The translations under genes were made by a program, and so were the position numbers. Under the pieces are notes generated by a model. It saw nothing but the letters and a program-made list of their open reading frames with translations, had not been told where the DNA came from and ran no database searches. Source: Candidatus Alistipes faecigallinarum (lineage in GTDB: Bacteria; Bacteroidota; Bacteroidia; Bacteroidales; Rikenellaceae). Taken from it: a DNA stretch of 64,000 nt. Of the stretch, positions 31,529 to 42,600 are shown in pieces (the stretch's first letter is position 1; every line of letters starts with the position of its first letter). The DNA is taken from contig DXDG01000005.1 in assembly GCA_019115605.1 (NCBI GenBank), positions 2,198-66,197 on the forward strand, written 5' to 3'.

Positions 31529-32146
31529 ATGAAAAGCGTGTTTTTCCTGCTGGCGGCGCTGCTTCTGGCAGCCTGCGGAGAGTCCACCGTGGTTTTCTAC
31601 ACGGTGCATTACCCCGTTGTTCTGGTCGAGGCCGAAGTAACCCTCGACGGAGGCAGCGGCTCCGGAGAGGACGACGGAACCACCCCCGACGACGGGACAT
31701 CATCCGACGATGAAACCGCTCCGGATGACGGAACGGAAGGGAGCGGCACGGACACCACGAACGAAACAAGGACAGAGAGCGATGGCACGGAGGATCCACT
31801 TGTACAGGAGATCGAGGCGGCGATCGTCGCAGCGGCGCCCGTACAGGCCGGAGGCGGCTACACGCTCTACTTCTCGCAATACAACGGCGGCAGGGCCCGT
31901 ATCGTCCGCAACCCCGAGGCGGAGCCCGTAATGGGTTTGTTCGGCAAGGAGCCCGCAAAGAGCCAGTTCGAAGTGATCTTCGACGGAGAGGACTATATCT
32001 GCAAGACCAGTTCGTACAACGACGGGACGGAGGTGCGGAAGACCGTGCTGGAGATCGATCTGACGGAGTCCTTCCAGGCGCTCTACCCGACGGCCGGCAT
32101 CACGCGGGCCGTGCGCAGGGAGTACACCTCGACAACAGCAAACTGA
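31529..32146 (+). CDS. Hypothetical lipoprotein with acidic DDGT-repeat linker
   Basis: MKSVFFLLAALLLAAC lipobox; fills the gap before radA. Confidence 0.75.
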   Translation: MKSVFFLLAALLLAACGESTVVFYTVHYPVVLVEAEVTLDGGSGSGEDDGTTPDDGTSSDDETAPDDGTEGSGTDTTNETRTESDGTEDPLVQEIEAAIVAAAPVQAGGGYTLYFSQYNGGRARIVRNPEAEPVMGLFGKEPAKSQFEVIFDGEDYICKTSSYNDGTEVRKTVLEIDLTESFQALYPTAGITRAVRREYTSTTAN

Positions 32147-32153
32147 CAAGGAG

Positions 32154-33521
32154 ATGGCAAAGGTCAAGAAAGCCTATTTCTGCAAGAATTGCGGGTTCGA
32201 AGCCCCCAAATGGCTGGGCAAATGCCCCTCGTGCGGCGAGTGGAACACCTTCACGGAGGAGATCATCGCCCGCGAAAGCGGCTCGGTGCCCGCCGTGGCG
32301 GCCGGATCGCTGCCTGCGGCCAGGCCGCAGCCCGTGCGCGAGATCCGCGAAAGCGAGCACCGCCGTATCGATATCGGCAACACGGAGGTGAACCGCGTGC
32401 TCGGAGGCGGCATGGTCCCCGGATCGCTTATCCTGCTCGGCGGAGAGCCCGGAATCGGGAAATCAACCCTCTCGCTGCAGATCGCACTGGCAGACAACGG
32501 GCTGAAGACCCTCTATGTCTCGGGCGAGGAGTCGGCCGAACAGATCAAGATGCGCGCCCTGCGCATCGGCATCGGAAACGATGACTGCATGATCTATCCC
32601 GAAACGCTGCTTGAGAACATCGTGGCGCAGATTGCCGAGCAGAAGCCCGATCTGGTCGTCATCGACTCGATACAGACCATCTACACCGACCTGCTGGACT
32701 CCTCGGCGGGAAGCGTCTCACAGATCCGCGAATGTGCCGCGACGCTGCTCAAGTACGCCAAGACGACCGGCACGTCGATCCTCATCATCGGCCACATCAC
32801 CAAGGACGGCACGATTGCCGGGCCGAAGATCCTCGAGCATATCGTCGATGTCGTCCTGCAGTTCGAGGGCGACAGCAACAACATCTACCGCATCCTGCGC
32901 GGCATCAAGAACCGTTTCGGCGCGACGTTCGAGATCGGTGTGTTCGAGATGCTCGAAGGGGGATTGCGGGGCGTGGACAACCCCTCGGAGATTCTGCTCA
33001 CGCACTACGAGGAGCCGTTGAGCGGCATCGCCGTGGGGGCCGCGGCCGACGGCGTACGCCCCTACCTGATCGAGGTGCAGGCGCTGGTGAGCGGCGCGGC
33101 GTACGGAACGCCGCAGCGCACGGCAACGGGATTCGACACGCGGCGCATGAACATGCTGCTTGCCGTACTCGAGAAGCGTCTCGGCATGAAGATGTTCCAG
33201 AAGGATGTCTTCCTCAACTTCGCCGGAGGATTCAAGGTCGCCGATCCGGGACTGGATCTGGCCGTCGTCGCCGCGGTGATCTCCTCCTACTACGACCGGC
33301 CCATCGCCGAAGGGGTCTGCTGTGCGGGAGAGGTCGGGCTTTCGGGCGAGGTGCGGCCGGCGCCGCGCACCGAACAGCGCATCAGCGAAGCGGCCCGTCT
33401 GGGATTCCGCAAGATCATCGTCTCGGGGTACCTCTCCAAGGAGGCCCGACGTCCGAAGGGCATCGAGATCGTCCCGATCACGGGCATTGACCAGCTGCCC
33501 CGGGCCCTCTTCGTGGAATAG
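32154..33521 (+). CDS. radA: DNA repair protein RadA/Sms
   Basis: CxxC..CxxC zinc finger, GEPGIGKST, KNRFG, Lon-like C-terminus. Confidence 0.98.
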   Translation: MAKVKKAYFCKNCGFEAPKWLGKCPSCGEWNTFTEEIIARESGSVPAVAAGSLPAARPQPVREIRESEHRRIDIGNTEVNRVLGGGMVPGSLILLGGEPGIGKSTLSLQIALADNGLKTLYVSGEESAEQIKMRALRIGIGNDDCMIYPETLLENIVAQIAEQKPDLVVIDSIQTIYTDLLDSSAGSVSQIRECAATLLKYAKTTGTSILIIGHITKDGTIAGPKILEHIVDVVLQFEGDSNNIYRILRGIKNRFGATFEIGVFEMLEGGLRGVDNPSEILLTHYEEPLSGIAVGAAADGVRPYLIEVQALVSGAAYGTPQRTATGFDTRRMNMLLAVLEKRLGMKMFQKDVFLNFAGGFKVADPGLDLAVVAAVISSYYDRPIAEGVCCAGEVGLSGEVRPAPRTEQRISEAARLGFRKIIVSGYLSKEARRPKGIEIVPITGIDQLPRALFVE

Positions 33522-33529
33522 TATTTGCT
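33514..33529 (+). promoter_or_regulatory. Putative sigma54 promoter (TGGAATAGTATTTGCT) overlapping the radA stop
   Basis: TGG-N10-GC with TTGCT, upstream of the thioredoxin-like gene. Confidence 0.55.
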
Positions 33530-33599
33530 GCTTCCGGCACGGGAAGGGAGATTGCGGAGCACGGAATGCTCCGACGACAAACGCCCGCCCGGGAGTGTC

Positions 33600-33980
33600 A
33601 TGAATGATTTCGACAAGATCATCTGGAGAGAGACCCTGACCCTCGTGGAGTTCTTCGCCACATGGAGCGGTCCCAGCCTGGCGCTGGATCCGGTAATCAA
33701 CCGCTTCCGCAGGGAGATGAACCACCGTGCGGAGGTCTACCGCATCGACGTGGATGACGAGCAGCTGCGCGACGTTGTCCGCCGCCACCGCATCACCCGC
33801 ATTCCGGCCCTCATCTTCTTCCGTCGCGGAGAGATGCTCGGCCGGCATGACGGACCGCTGACCTACGACCGTCTGACAAAAATGCTCGACGAGATCGAAC
33901 GGACCGAAGGGATCCGGGAGCCCGCAGAACTTTCACAGGTTCAGATTTCCAGCTGCCAGGAGAGCTCCTCGCGCAGGTAA
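33600..33980 (+). CDS. Thioredoxin-fold protein with WSGPS in place of WCGPC
   Basis: LVEFFATWSGPS...IDVD...RIPALIFFRRGE thioredoxin pattern. Confidence 0.8.
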   Translation: MNDFDKIIWRETLTLVEFFATWSGPSLALDPVINRFRREMNHRAEVYRIDVDDEQLRDVVRRHRITRIPALIFFRRGEMLGRHDGPLTYDRLTKMLDEIERTEGIREPAELSQVQISSCQESSSRR

Positions 33981-34624
33981 TTTTCGGCGGGAAGGACTCC
34001 CACGGAGCCGGCAGCGCGAAGAACCGCCTGCCGGTTTTCTTCGTTACAGGAGGCGATACGGACCAGAAGCGCCACGGCGCCACGGGCGATCAGCAGCGCC
34101 TGCTCCCTCGTGCAGGTTCCGTCCGCAGATTCCGCCCGCTCGGCAGCCCGGTGCAGGGTCTCCAGCGCCCGGCCGATCCATGCCGGATCGGGCCCGGTGA
34201 AACGCGAAGCTGCCATCAAAGCGGCATATTGCAGGCTCCACGGCATATCGGGAGCCGTCCACCGTTCAAAGAGATTCGGAAAGTCGGGCACGCGGTGCAA
34301 CAGGGCGAAGGCGGCCTCCTCGGCCAGCTCGCTGTTGACGATACCCTCGCCCCAGAACGGATACTCCGCCTCGGTCAGGCGTTCGGGCTCGGCGATATGG
34401 TAGGCCGCAAGGCGCAGTTCGCGCACGTCCTGCAGGGCCAGGTATTTCGCAAATTCGTAGTCGGGCGCTTCGGCGCGCGCCAGCATGCGCAGCGTCGGAA
34501 GGCTCACGCCGTAATTCAGGCCATAGGGCGTGCCGACAGGGCACATGGCGTCGGCCACGGCGCCGTTGCGCTCGCGGCGCATGGCCCCGAGCAGCGCCGT
34601 CATGCGGGTGGTAGGATTCATCAT
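33941..34624 (-). CDS. DNA alkylation repair (AlkD-like HEAT) protein
   Basis: RNGAVADAM, YGLNYGVSLPTLR, VRELRLAA. Confidence 0.75.
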   Translation of the reverse strand: MMNPTTRMTALLGAMRRERNGAVADAMCPVGTPYGLNYGVSLPTLRMLARAEAPDYEFAKYLALQDVRELRLAAYHIAEPERLTEAEYPFWGEGIVNSELAEEAAFALLHRVPDFPNLFERWTAPDMPWSLQYAALMAASRFTGPDPAWIGRALETLHRAAERAESADGTCTREQALLIARGAVALLVRIASCNEENRQAVLRAAGSVGVLPAENYLREELSWQLEI

Positions 34625-34628
34625 CGGG

Positions 34629-35522
34629 CTATTTGCGACGCGGAAGGGCAACGCGAACCGTACGTCCGAACTCGAAGAGCGGCAGCACGGCACGGGCATA
34701 CTCCTGACCGCCGGCGATCACCGTACAGGTGGAGGGATCGGCCACGCGGCACATCACGACACTCGACTCCTTCGGCCCAGCCTCCACGGAGCAGGAGGTA
34801 TTGCCCGAAGGCTCGATCTGCAGCACGACCATGTCGCCCGAGAGATCGTTCTCGGGAAGAAGGCCTGCTGCCGGACTGAAACGGCAAAAGATATACTGCT
34901 TCTTGTCGGCCGAAGGATAGACCAGATAGCGGTACCCGGCGGTTGTGCGGACCTGCTTGCCCAGGAACAGTTCGAGGTACTCCTGTTCGAGACGGTCGAT
35001 TTCGTTCAGCGCGGACTTCAGTCCCTCGCCGAAGACATGTTCGCCAGCCTCGCCCGTAATGAGTTCCAGGCGGTGGCGGCGCAGGGCGAAGATCTGCTCG
35101 GCGGCGCTCCGGGCGGCATCCTCCAGGGAAAGAATCGTCATCGAGGTGCGGTCGGGCTGCAGGGCGGCAAAGGCCTCGTCCGAAGAGGCGTGCGACAGAA
35201 CCTGCGATGTGGCCGAAGCCGGGGCCGGGGCCTCATAGACGGCATCGCCGGCCAGGGCGATGCGCGCATCGGCAATGCGCCACGTCGTCTTGTCCGTAAG
35301 CGGAGCACGCACGCCGAGGTATTTCTGCGCATAGCGCGCATAGGGTCCGCAGAGGACCGCCGTACGCTCGACCGTCAGATCGACGGCAACAACCGACCGG
35401 GGCATATTGACCGAGATGCCCGAAGCACTCTCCGTGGCGCCCTCGGGCACGATATAGGGATTTTGCGCCGTCGCGGCAACGCCGCAGCACAGCAGAAGCA
35501 GAGTCAAAAGGCGGAATTTCAT
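34629..35522 (-). CDS. DUF4831-family secreted protein
   Basis: Signal peptide; GPYARYAQKYLG, AEQIFALR, EYLELFLG. Confidence 0.75.
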   Translation of the reverse strand: MKFRLLTLLLLCCGVAATAQNPYIVPEGATESASGISVNMPRSVVAVDLTVERTAVLCGPYARYAQKYLGVRAPLTDKTTWRIADARIALAGDAVYEAPAPASATSQVLSHASSDEAFAALQPDRTSMTILSLEDAARSAAEQIFALRRHRLELITGEAGEHVFGEGLKSALNEIDRLEQEYLELFLGKQVRTTAGYRYLVYPSADKKQYIFCRFSPAAGLLPENDLSGDMVVLQIEPSGNTSCSVEAGPKESSVVMCRVADPSTCTVIAGGQEYARAVLPLFEFGRTVRVALPRRK

Positions 35523-35574
35523 ACGCGGTTCATTTGATATACGGAAAACAAATGTACGTTTTTTTCGCTTGCGG

Positions 35575-36276
35575 TCAAAATTTCAGGTAAAAATCGCGCG
35601 TCAGCGCCCGGTATTCCGGGGTATAGCACTCGTGTTCGCCCGTGCCGATGATCAGTTCGGTCCGCTCGAAGCCGGCGGCCGCGGCCGCCGCGGGACGCAT
35701 CAGCTCCAGCAGGCTCCGCTTGGCCGGATGGCGCGGCGTGGTCCGCACGTCGGTGCGGCGCACGGGCTGCAGCCGTCCGGCACAGACTTCCAGAAACCGC
35801 CCGGCCTCCTGCACGGGAAGGATCAGCGCAAAACGGCCCGCAGGGGTCAGCAGCCGCAGCACGGCATCGCACAACTCCTCGAAGGTGAGGTGCACGGCAT
35901 GGCGTGCGGCCGTGCGGCCCGCATCGGGGCAGGTGAGCGAATCGACGAAAAAGGGGGGATTCGAGACGATGAGATCGAACGGCGCGTCGTAGAAGGCCTG
36001 GACGGCACAGGTATGGAACGTCAGGCGGTCTCCCCACGGTGAGGCGGCGGCATTTTCGCGGGCCTGCTCCACGGAGTCGATATCAACTCCCGCAATGCAG
36101 GCTCCGGGAAGGCGCTGCGCCAGCATCAGGGCGATAAGGCCCGTGCCGGTGCCGATATCGAGGACCCGCCGGTCGGCGGCGGAGGTCGAGACCCATGCCC
36201 CGAGAAGCACGCCGTCGGTGCCGACCTTCATCGGACAGCGGTCCTGGCGGATGGTGAACTGTTTGAAACGGAACAT
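35575..36276 (-). CDS. tRNA1(Val) A37 N6-methyltransferase (YfiC/TrmN6 family)
   Basis: FRFKQF, MKVGTDGVLLG, LDIGTGTG, VSNPPFF. Confidence 0.92.
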   Translation of the reverse strand: MFRFKQFTIRQDRCPMKVGTDGVLLGAWVSTSAADRRVLDIGTGTGLIALMLAQRLPGACIAGVDIDSVEQARENAAASPWGDRLTFHTCAVQAFYDAPFDLIVSNPPFFVDSLTCPDAGRTAARHAVHLTFEELCDAVLRLLTPAGRFALILPVQEAGRFLEVCAGRLQPVRRTDVRTTPRHPAKRSLLELMRPAAAAAAGFERTELIIGTGEHECYTPEYRALTRDFYLKF

Positions 36277-36279
36277 GGG

Positions 36280-37065
36280 TCAAAATTTCAGGGCGCCGTC
36301 GATACCGGCGCCGAACAGGGAAAAATCGTAACGTGCAGGGTCTTCGGCATCGAACGTGCGGAGCGCAGCGGTAAGCTCCTCAACGGCCCGCCAGTCGTTC
36401 TGCCGGCGCATGAGAAGTCCCAGAGCCCGCGCCGTGCGGCCCACATGCAGGTCCAGGGGAAGGCGCAGCGCCGACATCGGGATCCGCTGCCAGAGGCCGA
36501 AATCGACACCCCGGTCGTCGCGGCGTACCATCCACCGCAGGTACATGCACAGGCGCTTGCAAGCCGCGCCCCGCTCGATGGAGGAGAGGTGTTTCTCACA
36601 GCGCGGCGCATGCTCCGCCTTGAAAAATTCGCGGCGGAAGTCGGCCAGGACGGTCGGCAGGTCGCCCGTGGCGGCATAGTGGTTTTCGAAAAAGCCCCCG
36701 AGGCCCCCGTAACAGGTATCAAGGCGGCGCAGCGCCCGGACAAAGTCGCGGGCATCGCTGCCCCGGAAGGTGCGGTGAACGAAAGTATCGAGTCCCGCCA
36801 GCTCGCGTTCCGAGGCGTGGCGCACGAAATCGGCCGGAGCGTCGTCCATATAGCGCATCAGGCGGTGGCCGTTGCGGACGATCTGCGGGCGGCTGCCCCA
36901 GGCGATCGTCGCGGCGAAGAAGCCCGCGATCTCCCGGTCGGCGGGATCCGTGAAGCGGTGCGGAACCGAAATGGGATCGTCGGGGATGAACTCCGGGCGG
37001 TTATAGGTGTCGTGGAGCCGTTCGAGCAGCTCGCGGAGCGTCTCCCGATCAAAGGATCCGTCCAT
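36280..37065 (-). CDS. TIGR02757 family protein
   Basis: [46 protein letters not shown]. Confidence 0.9.
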   Translation of the reverse strand: MDGSFDRETLRELLERLHDTYNRPEFIPDDPISVPHRFTDPADREIAGFFAATIAWGSRPQIVRNGHRLMRYMDDAPADFVRHASERELAGLDTFVHRTFRGSDARDFVRALRRLDTCYGGLGGFFENHYAATGDLPTVLADFRREFFKAEHAPRCEKHLSSIERGAACKRLCMYLRWMVRRDDRGVDFGLWQRIPMSALRLPLDLHVGRTARALGLLMRRQNDWRAVEELTAALRTFDAEDPARYDFSLFGAGIDGALKF

Positions 37066-37699
37066 CGGACATGGTGATTTTCCGGTCGGCCATGGCGGCA
37101 AGGCTCTCGTCGTGCGTAACGATGACGATGGTCTGCCCCAGCTCGTCGCGCAGGTCGAAGAAAAGGCGGTGGATCTCCTCGCGGTTGCGCGTATCGAGGT
37201 TGCCCGAAGGTTCGTCGGCCAAGAGAACCGCCGGAGCGTTGATGAGGGCCCGGGCAATGGCCACACGCTGCTGCTCGCCGCCGGAGAGCTGGCCGGGGCG
37301 GTGGTCCCGACGGGCCGCAAGGCCCACCAGCGAGAGCAGTTCATCGGCGCGCCGCTCGACCTCGGCACGCGGCCGCCGGCCGATATAGCCCGGGATGCAG
37401 ACATTCTCGAAGGCCGAAAATTCGGGAAGCAGGTGGTGGAACTGGAAGACGAAGCCGATGCGTTCGTTGCGGAACTGCGACAGGGCCCTATCGCCGAGCG
37501 CAAAGGGATCGGCGCCGTCGATCTCCACGCGGCCCGAATCGGGGCGTGAAAGCGTGCCGATGATCTGCAGCAAGGTCGTCTTGCCTGCGCCGCTGGCTCC
37601 CACAACAGAAACCACCTCGTGCGGCGCTACCTCGAGCGAGACGCCCCGGAGCACCTCCAGTGATCCGAAGCTCTTGTGGATGTCTGAAACCCGTATCAT
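37049..37699 (-). CDS. lolD: ABC transporter ATP-binding protein (LolD-like)
   Basis: [38 protein letters not shown]; start may be 37705. Confidence 0.8.
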   Translation of the reverse strand: MIRVSDIHKSFGSLEVLRGVSLEVAPHEVVSVVGASGAGKTTLLQIIGTLSRPDSGRVEIDGADPFALGDRALSQFRNERIGFVFQFHHLLPEFSAFENVCIPGYIGRRPRAEVERRADELLSLVGLAARRDHRPGQLSGGEQQRVAIARALINAPAVLLADEPSGNLDTRNREEIHRLFFDLRDELGQTIVIVTHDESLAAMADRKITMSDGRIL

Positions 37700-37714
37700 G
37701 TGCATCTTGTCTTG

Positions 37715-38554
37715 TCAGTGTCTGTTCTGTTCATAAATCCGGAACAGCCGGACCGTATCGGCAGCCTCGCGCACATCGTGCACGCGCAGGATCCGGGCGC
37801 CCTGCCGCAGGCACTCCCAACCCAGGGCAACCGTGCCGGCAAGCGATTCCTCGGGAGTGATTCCCAGCGGTTTGTAGATCATCGACTTGCGCGAAAGTCC
37901 CGCCAGCACCGGGAAACCCAGGTCGCACAGGCGGTGCAGCCCGGAGAGCAGTTCGTAGTTCTGGTCCACGGTCTTGGCAAAGCCGAAACCGGGATCGAGG
38001 ATGATTTGTTCGCGGCGGATACCCGCGGTCAGAAGCCGCTCCACGCGCGCGCGGAAATAGGAGACGACCTCCGTGGTGATGTCCCGGCGGTACTCCGTAA
38101 GCGACTGCATCGTCTGCGGGTCACCCTTCATGTGCATGGCGACATAGGGAATCCCCTGGCGGGCGACAACATCGAGCATCGGCGGATCGAGCTCCCCGGC
38201 CGAAATGTCGTTGATGATGACCGGACCGAACTCTTCGAGAACCCGCCGGGCAACCTCGCTGCGGAAGGTATCGACCGAGACAACCGCCGCGGGGGCCAGC
38301 CGCCGCACGGCCCCGACGCCGGCCTTCACGCGCGCCCACTCCTCCTCAACGGGGACCTCGGCAGCTCCGGGACGCGAAGAGTAGCCCCCGACATCGAGGA
38401 TCGAGGCGCCCTCCCCCACGGCTTCGAGCACACGGCGCTCGATGGCCTCCGTTGTGCGGTTACGGCTTCCGGCATAGAACGAGTCGGGCGTAACGTTCAC
38501 AATGGCCATCACCTGCGGTGAGGCGAGGTTCAGCTCAACGGTTGCGGGCTTCAT
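37715..38554 (-). CDS. folP: Dihydropteroate synthase
   Basis: NVTPDSF, DVGGYSSRPG, MHMKG, LDPGFGF, SRKS, RVHDV. Confidence 0.97.
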   Translation of the reverse strand: MKPATVELNLASPQVMAIVNVTPDSFYAGSRNRTTEAIERRVLEAVGEGASILDVGGYSSRPGAAEVPVEEEWARVKAGVGAVRRLAPAAVVSVDTFRSEVARRVLEEFGPVIINDISAGELDPPMLDVVARQGIPYVAMHMKGDPQTMQSLTEYRRDITTEVVSYFRARVERLLTAGIRREQIILDPGFGFAKTVDQNYELLSGLHRLCDLGFPVLAGLSRKSMIYKPLGITPEESLAGTVALGWECLRQGARILRVHDVREAADTVRLFRIYEQNRH

Positions 38555-39131
38555 AACGGAAACGGCGGTCTAGGGTTTCAACGGCAGGCGCGAGCTCCTC
38601 CTCGCGGATATTGACCAGCGAAAAATCGGCTCGGGCGCGAAGCGTATCGTCGTCCGTCTGGGCCGCGATACGGCGGCGGACCGCCTCGGCATCGCATCCG
38701 TCGCGGCGGCAGGTGCGCTCGACACGCAGTTCGAGCGGCGCCAGCACGGCAACCGTACGATCGACATCCGGAGCAAAGCCCGCCTCGAAAAGGATGGCGC
38801 TTTCGAGGATCACATACTCCGACTGCTGCCGCTCGGCCCAGGCGGCGAAGTCGGCACGCACGGCCGGATGCACCAGCGCATCCAGATCGGAAAGAGCCTG
38901 CGGATCGGAAAAGACAATGGCCGCCAGACGGGCCCGGTCGAGTGTACCGTCGTCGCGGTAGGCGTCGGTCCCGAAGCGCGCCTCGATACGAGCCCGCAGC
39001 TCCCCGGAGCCGTTCATCAGACGCTTTGCCTCGCTGTCCGAGTCGTAGACCGCAATGCCGCGGGCCGCGAACAGCCGGCAGACGGTGCTCTTGCCGCTGC
39101 CGATACCTCCCGTTATGCCGACCTTGAACAT
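38535..39131 (-). CDS. coaE: Dephospho-CoA kinase
   Basis: GITGGIGSGKST, LDR..LA..VF, VHP, ESAILFE. Confidence 0.96.
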   Translation of the reverse strand: MFKVGITGGIGSGKSTVCRLFAARGIAVYDSDSEAKRLMNGSGELRARIEARFGTDAYRDDGTLDRARLAAIVFSDPQALSDLDALVHPAVRADFAAWAERQQSEYVILESAILFEAGFAPDVDRTVAVLAPLELRVERTCRRDGCDAEAVRRRIAAQTDDDTLRARADFSLVNIREEELAPAVETLDRRFRYEARNR

Positions 39132-39135
39132 GCTT

Positions 39136-39543
39136 CTATTTCTTTGCGGGGGCGTCGATCTCGGGGATCGAATTGATCGAGATTACCTTGATATCGCTGA
39201 AACGCACGGAGATGGCATGCAGCAGCGACTGGGGGTTGATAACCAGCTTTCCCTCGTGCCCCTCCTCCTCGGAAGGCGTGGTCTGAAGCTCCGCAAGCGG
39301 GATGCGCAGCGTCTTGTTCATGTAGACACGATAGCCGAACAGATTGGTACCCAGCCCCTCGACCACACAAGAGATCTCGACGGGCTGTCCGTCGATACTC
39401 AAACGGATCGTCTGCTCGGTCGTATAGGTATAGCTCAACTTGGCCAGGTACCACAGGATGAACGAGGCGACGAGCAGTGCCAGAAAGACCGGCGAGACGT
39501 AGCGATGCAGCTTCCGCAGGAAAATATGGATATACCTTTTCAT
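39136..39543 (-). CDS. Short YbbR/CdaR-like membrane protein
   Basis: FLALLVASFILWYLAKLSYTY TM motif upstream of coaE; -7 box at 39553-39560. Confidence 0.6.
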   Translation of the reverse strand: MKRYIHIFLRKLHRYVSPVFLALLVASFILWYLAKLSYTYTTEQTIRLSIDGQPVEISCVVEGLGTNLFGYRVYMNKTLRIPLAELQTTPSEEEGHEGKLVINPQSLLHAISVRFSDIKVISINSIPEIDAPAKK

Positions 39544-39646
39544 AACTTCCTGCAAATATAAGGCATGACGAGCGCAATGCCAAATTTATTTGCACCTTGC
39601 ATCCTGCAGCGGACCAATTCGCGGGAGCCGGGAAAGAGCCGCAAAC

Positions 39647-39677
39647 AAAAAGGGGCGCCCTTTGCAGGGCGCCCCTT
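39647..39677 (-). terminator. secDF terminator
   Basis: AAGGGGCGCCC...GGGCGCCCCTT with T-tract on the minus strand. Confidence 0.8.
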
Positions 39678-39694
39678 CAATCGAAACCGGAGGA

Positions 39695-42600
39695 TTACTT
39701 CTCCTCGTCGAGCTTGGCACGCTTCTTCATCAGATCGTAGGCCATGGGCGTCGCGATGAAGATCGTGGCGGCCGTACCGACGATGACACCGATGATCAGC
39801 GCGAAGATGAAGCCGCGGATCGTCTCGCCGCCGAAGATGACGATAGCCAGCAGCGTTACGAGCGTCGTACCCGACGTGTTGATCGTACGCGACAGCGTCG
39901 AGTTGATGGCGCCGTTCACGAGCTCCTTCAGATTGCGCTTCGGATAGAGCGTCATGTACTCGCGGATTCGGTCGAAGACCACCACCGTATCGTTGATCGC
40001 GTATCCGATGATCGTCAGAATAGCCGCGATGAAAGCCTGGTTCACCTCCAGGTTGAAGGGCAGGATGCCGTAGAACATCGAGAAAATACCGATGATGAGC
40101 AGGGCATTGAAGGCCAGGGCCAGCGTGGCTCCCGTAGCCCACTGCCAACGCTTGAAGCGGAAGGTGATGTAGAGTCCGATGGCGATCAGCGAGAAGAGCA
40201 CCGCATAGATGGCGTTCCACGTCATGTCCTGAGCGATCGAAGGTCCGATCTTGTCGGCCGTCAGAATACCGTTCAGGTCGGTCTGCGTGTTGCGGAACTG
40301 ATCGAAGGAGATCTCATAGGAGTAGAGCGGCTTCAAGGCGTCGTAGAGGATGCGCTCCACCTCGGCCGTAGCCTCGTCCGACGTATCGTCGTAACGGTAC
40401 TGCGTTACGATACGCATCTGGTTCTCGTTGCCGTACTGCTTCACCTCGATACTGATCGACGAAGCATCGGCGTTGTCGATCTTTGCAAAAGCCTCGGTGA
40501 GGTTCTGGCGCACCTCCTCGGCCGATACGGCCTTGTCGAAGCGAACCACATAGGCGCGGCCGCCCGTGAACTCGGCACCCAGATTCAGACCGCGCACGGC
40601 AAACGATGCGAACGACAGAACCATCAGGGCAATGGAGATCACATAGGCAACCTTGCGCTTGCTGATGAAATCGATATGCGTGTTATTGAGGAAGTTCTCC
40701 GACCACTTGTACGAGAAGGAGATCGTACCCCACTTCGCAACGATCCACTCGATCAGCAGACGCGTGATGAAGATGGCGCAGAAGACCGACGTGAGGATAC
40801 CGATGATCAGCGTCGTGGCAAAGCCCTGAACAGGACCCGTACCGAAGACGAAGAGGACGATACCCGTGATAATCGTCGTCAGCTGACCGTCGATGATGGC
40901 CGAGTATGCCTTCGAGAAACCATCCTTGATGGCCAGCGAAAGGCCCTTGCCGCCGCGAAGCTCCTCCTTGATACGTTCGTAGATAATGACGTTCGCATCG
41001 ACGGCCATACCCATTGTCAGTACGATACCGGCAATACCCGGAAGGGTCAGCACGGCGCCGAACGAAACAAGCACGCCCATCAGCAGGAAGACGTTGATAA
41101 GAAGCGCCACGTCGGCCATCCATCCCGCCGTCTTGTAGAACAGACCCATATAGAGAAGTACCAGGATGAAGGCGATCACGAACGAGAGCATACCCGCATT
41201 GATCGACTCCTGACCCAGCGAAGGACCTACGACCGTATCCTGGATGATCTTGGCCGGAGCGGGAACCTTACCCGAGTTGAGCACGTTGGCAAGGTCCTGG
41301 GCCTCCTGGATCGTGAAGTCGCCCGTAATCGACGACTGGCCCTTGTCGATCTTGCCGTTCACGCGGGGAGCCGAATAGACATAACCGTCGAGTACGATGG
41401 CAATGCACTTGCCGACGTTCTCGCCCGTCAGACGCGCCCACTCCTGCGTACCCTCGGCATTCATCGTCATCGAAACCTCGGCCGTGGCACCGCGCTGCGC
41501 ATACTGCTCGCGCGCATCGGTTACGACCGAACCGTCGAGCGGAGCCTTGCCGTCGGGCGTCGAAACCTTGATGGCATAGAGGTAGTAGCGGCCGTCGATA
41601 TGGTCGTCGCCCTTGACCGCCCACTTGAAGGTGATGTCGGCCGGAAGAAGCTCGCGAACCGAAGGCTGCGACAGGTAGGCATTGACGGCAGCCATGTCGG
41701 CCTTATAGGCGGCACCGATGGCGGCACCTCCGGCATACGAAGGATCAAGCACGGCAAAGAGCGGGTTCTCCTCGCGGCTGAAATTGCCGCCCTGGGCAAC
41801 TTCGGCGGCAGGGGCCTGCTCGGAAGCGCCCACCTCGGCGATAAGTCCGCTCTCTGTGGCCGTCGTGTCGGCAGCCGATGCTTCGGCGGCAACAGCCTCA
41901 ACACCCTCCTCGGCGGAAACCTCCGCCGTCTGCTCGGTCATCTCCGACTTGAGCAGTTTGTCGGCCGATACGAGCATCGGAAGGATCTCGCGGGCATCGT
42001 AGGTCGTCCAGAACTCCAGCGATGCCGTACCCTGCAGCAGGTCGCGGACACGCTGCGGCTCCTTCACACCCGGAAGCTCGACCAGAATACGGTGCGAGTT
42101 CGGCAGACGCATGATGTTGGGCTGCGTTACGCCGAAGTGGTCGATACGGCTGCGGAGCACGTTGAACGATGCGGCGATGGCCGCCTCGGTCTCCTGCTTG
42201 AGCATCTTCTCCACATCGGCATCCGAACTCTCGAGCGTAATGTCCTTGCGGTCGGGGCTGACGAAAAGCGCTGCAAGCGGCTGACCGCCCGAAAGACGCT
42301 CGTAAGCCTTGACGAAATCACCGATGTAGTCGTTCGACGTACCCTGTTTCAGGGCCTCGTTGGCCTCCGCGATGGCGGCCTGGAACGAAGGATCCATCTG
42401 GCTGTCGCCGGCAAGAGCCTTGACCACATCCTCGACCTGAACCTCCAGCATGACGTTCATACCGCCCTTCAGGTCCAGACCCAGGTTCAGTTCCTTACCC
42501 TTGCACTCCTTGTAGGTGAACTTGCGCAGGCCCATATTGTAGACCGGCAGGTTCTGCACCGAATCGAGGTAGTGCTGCTCGGCACCCGACTGCTCGTCGA

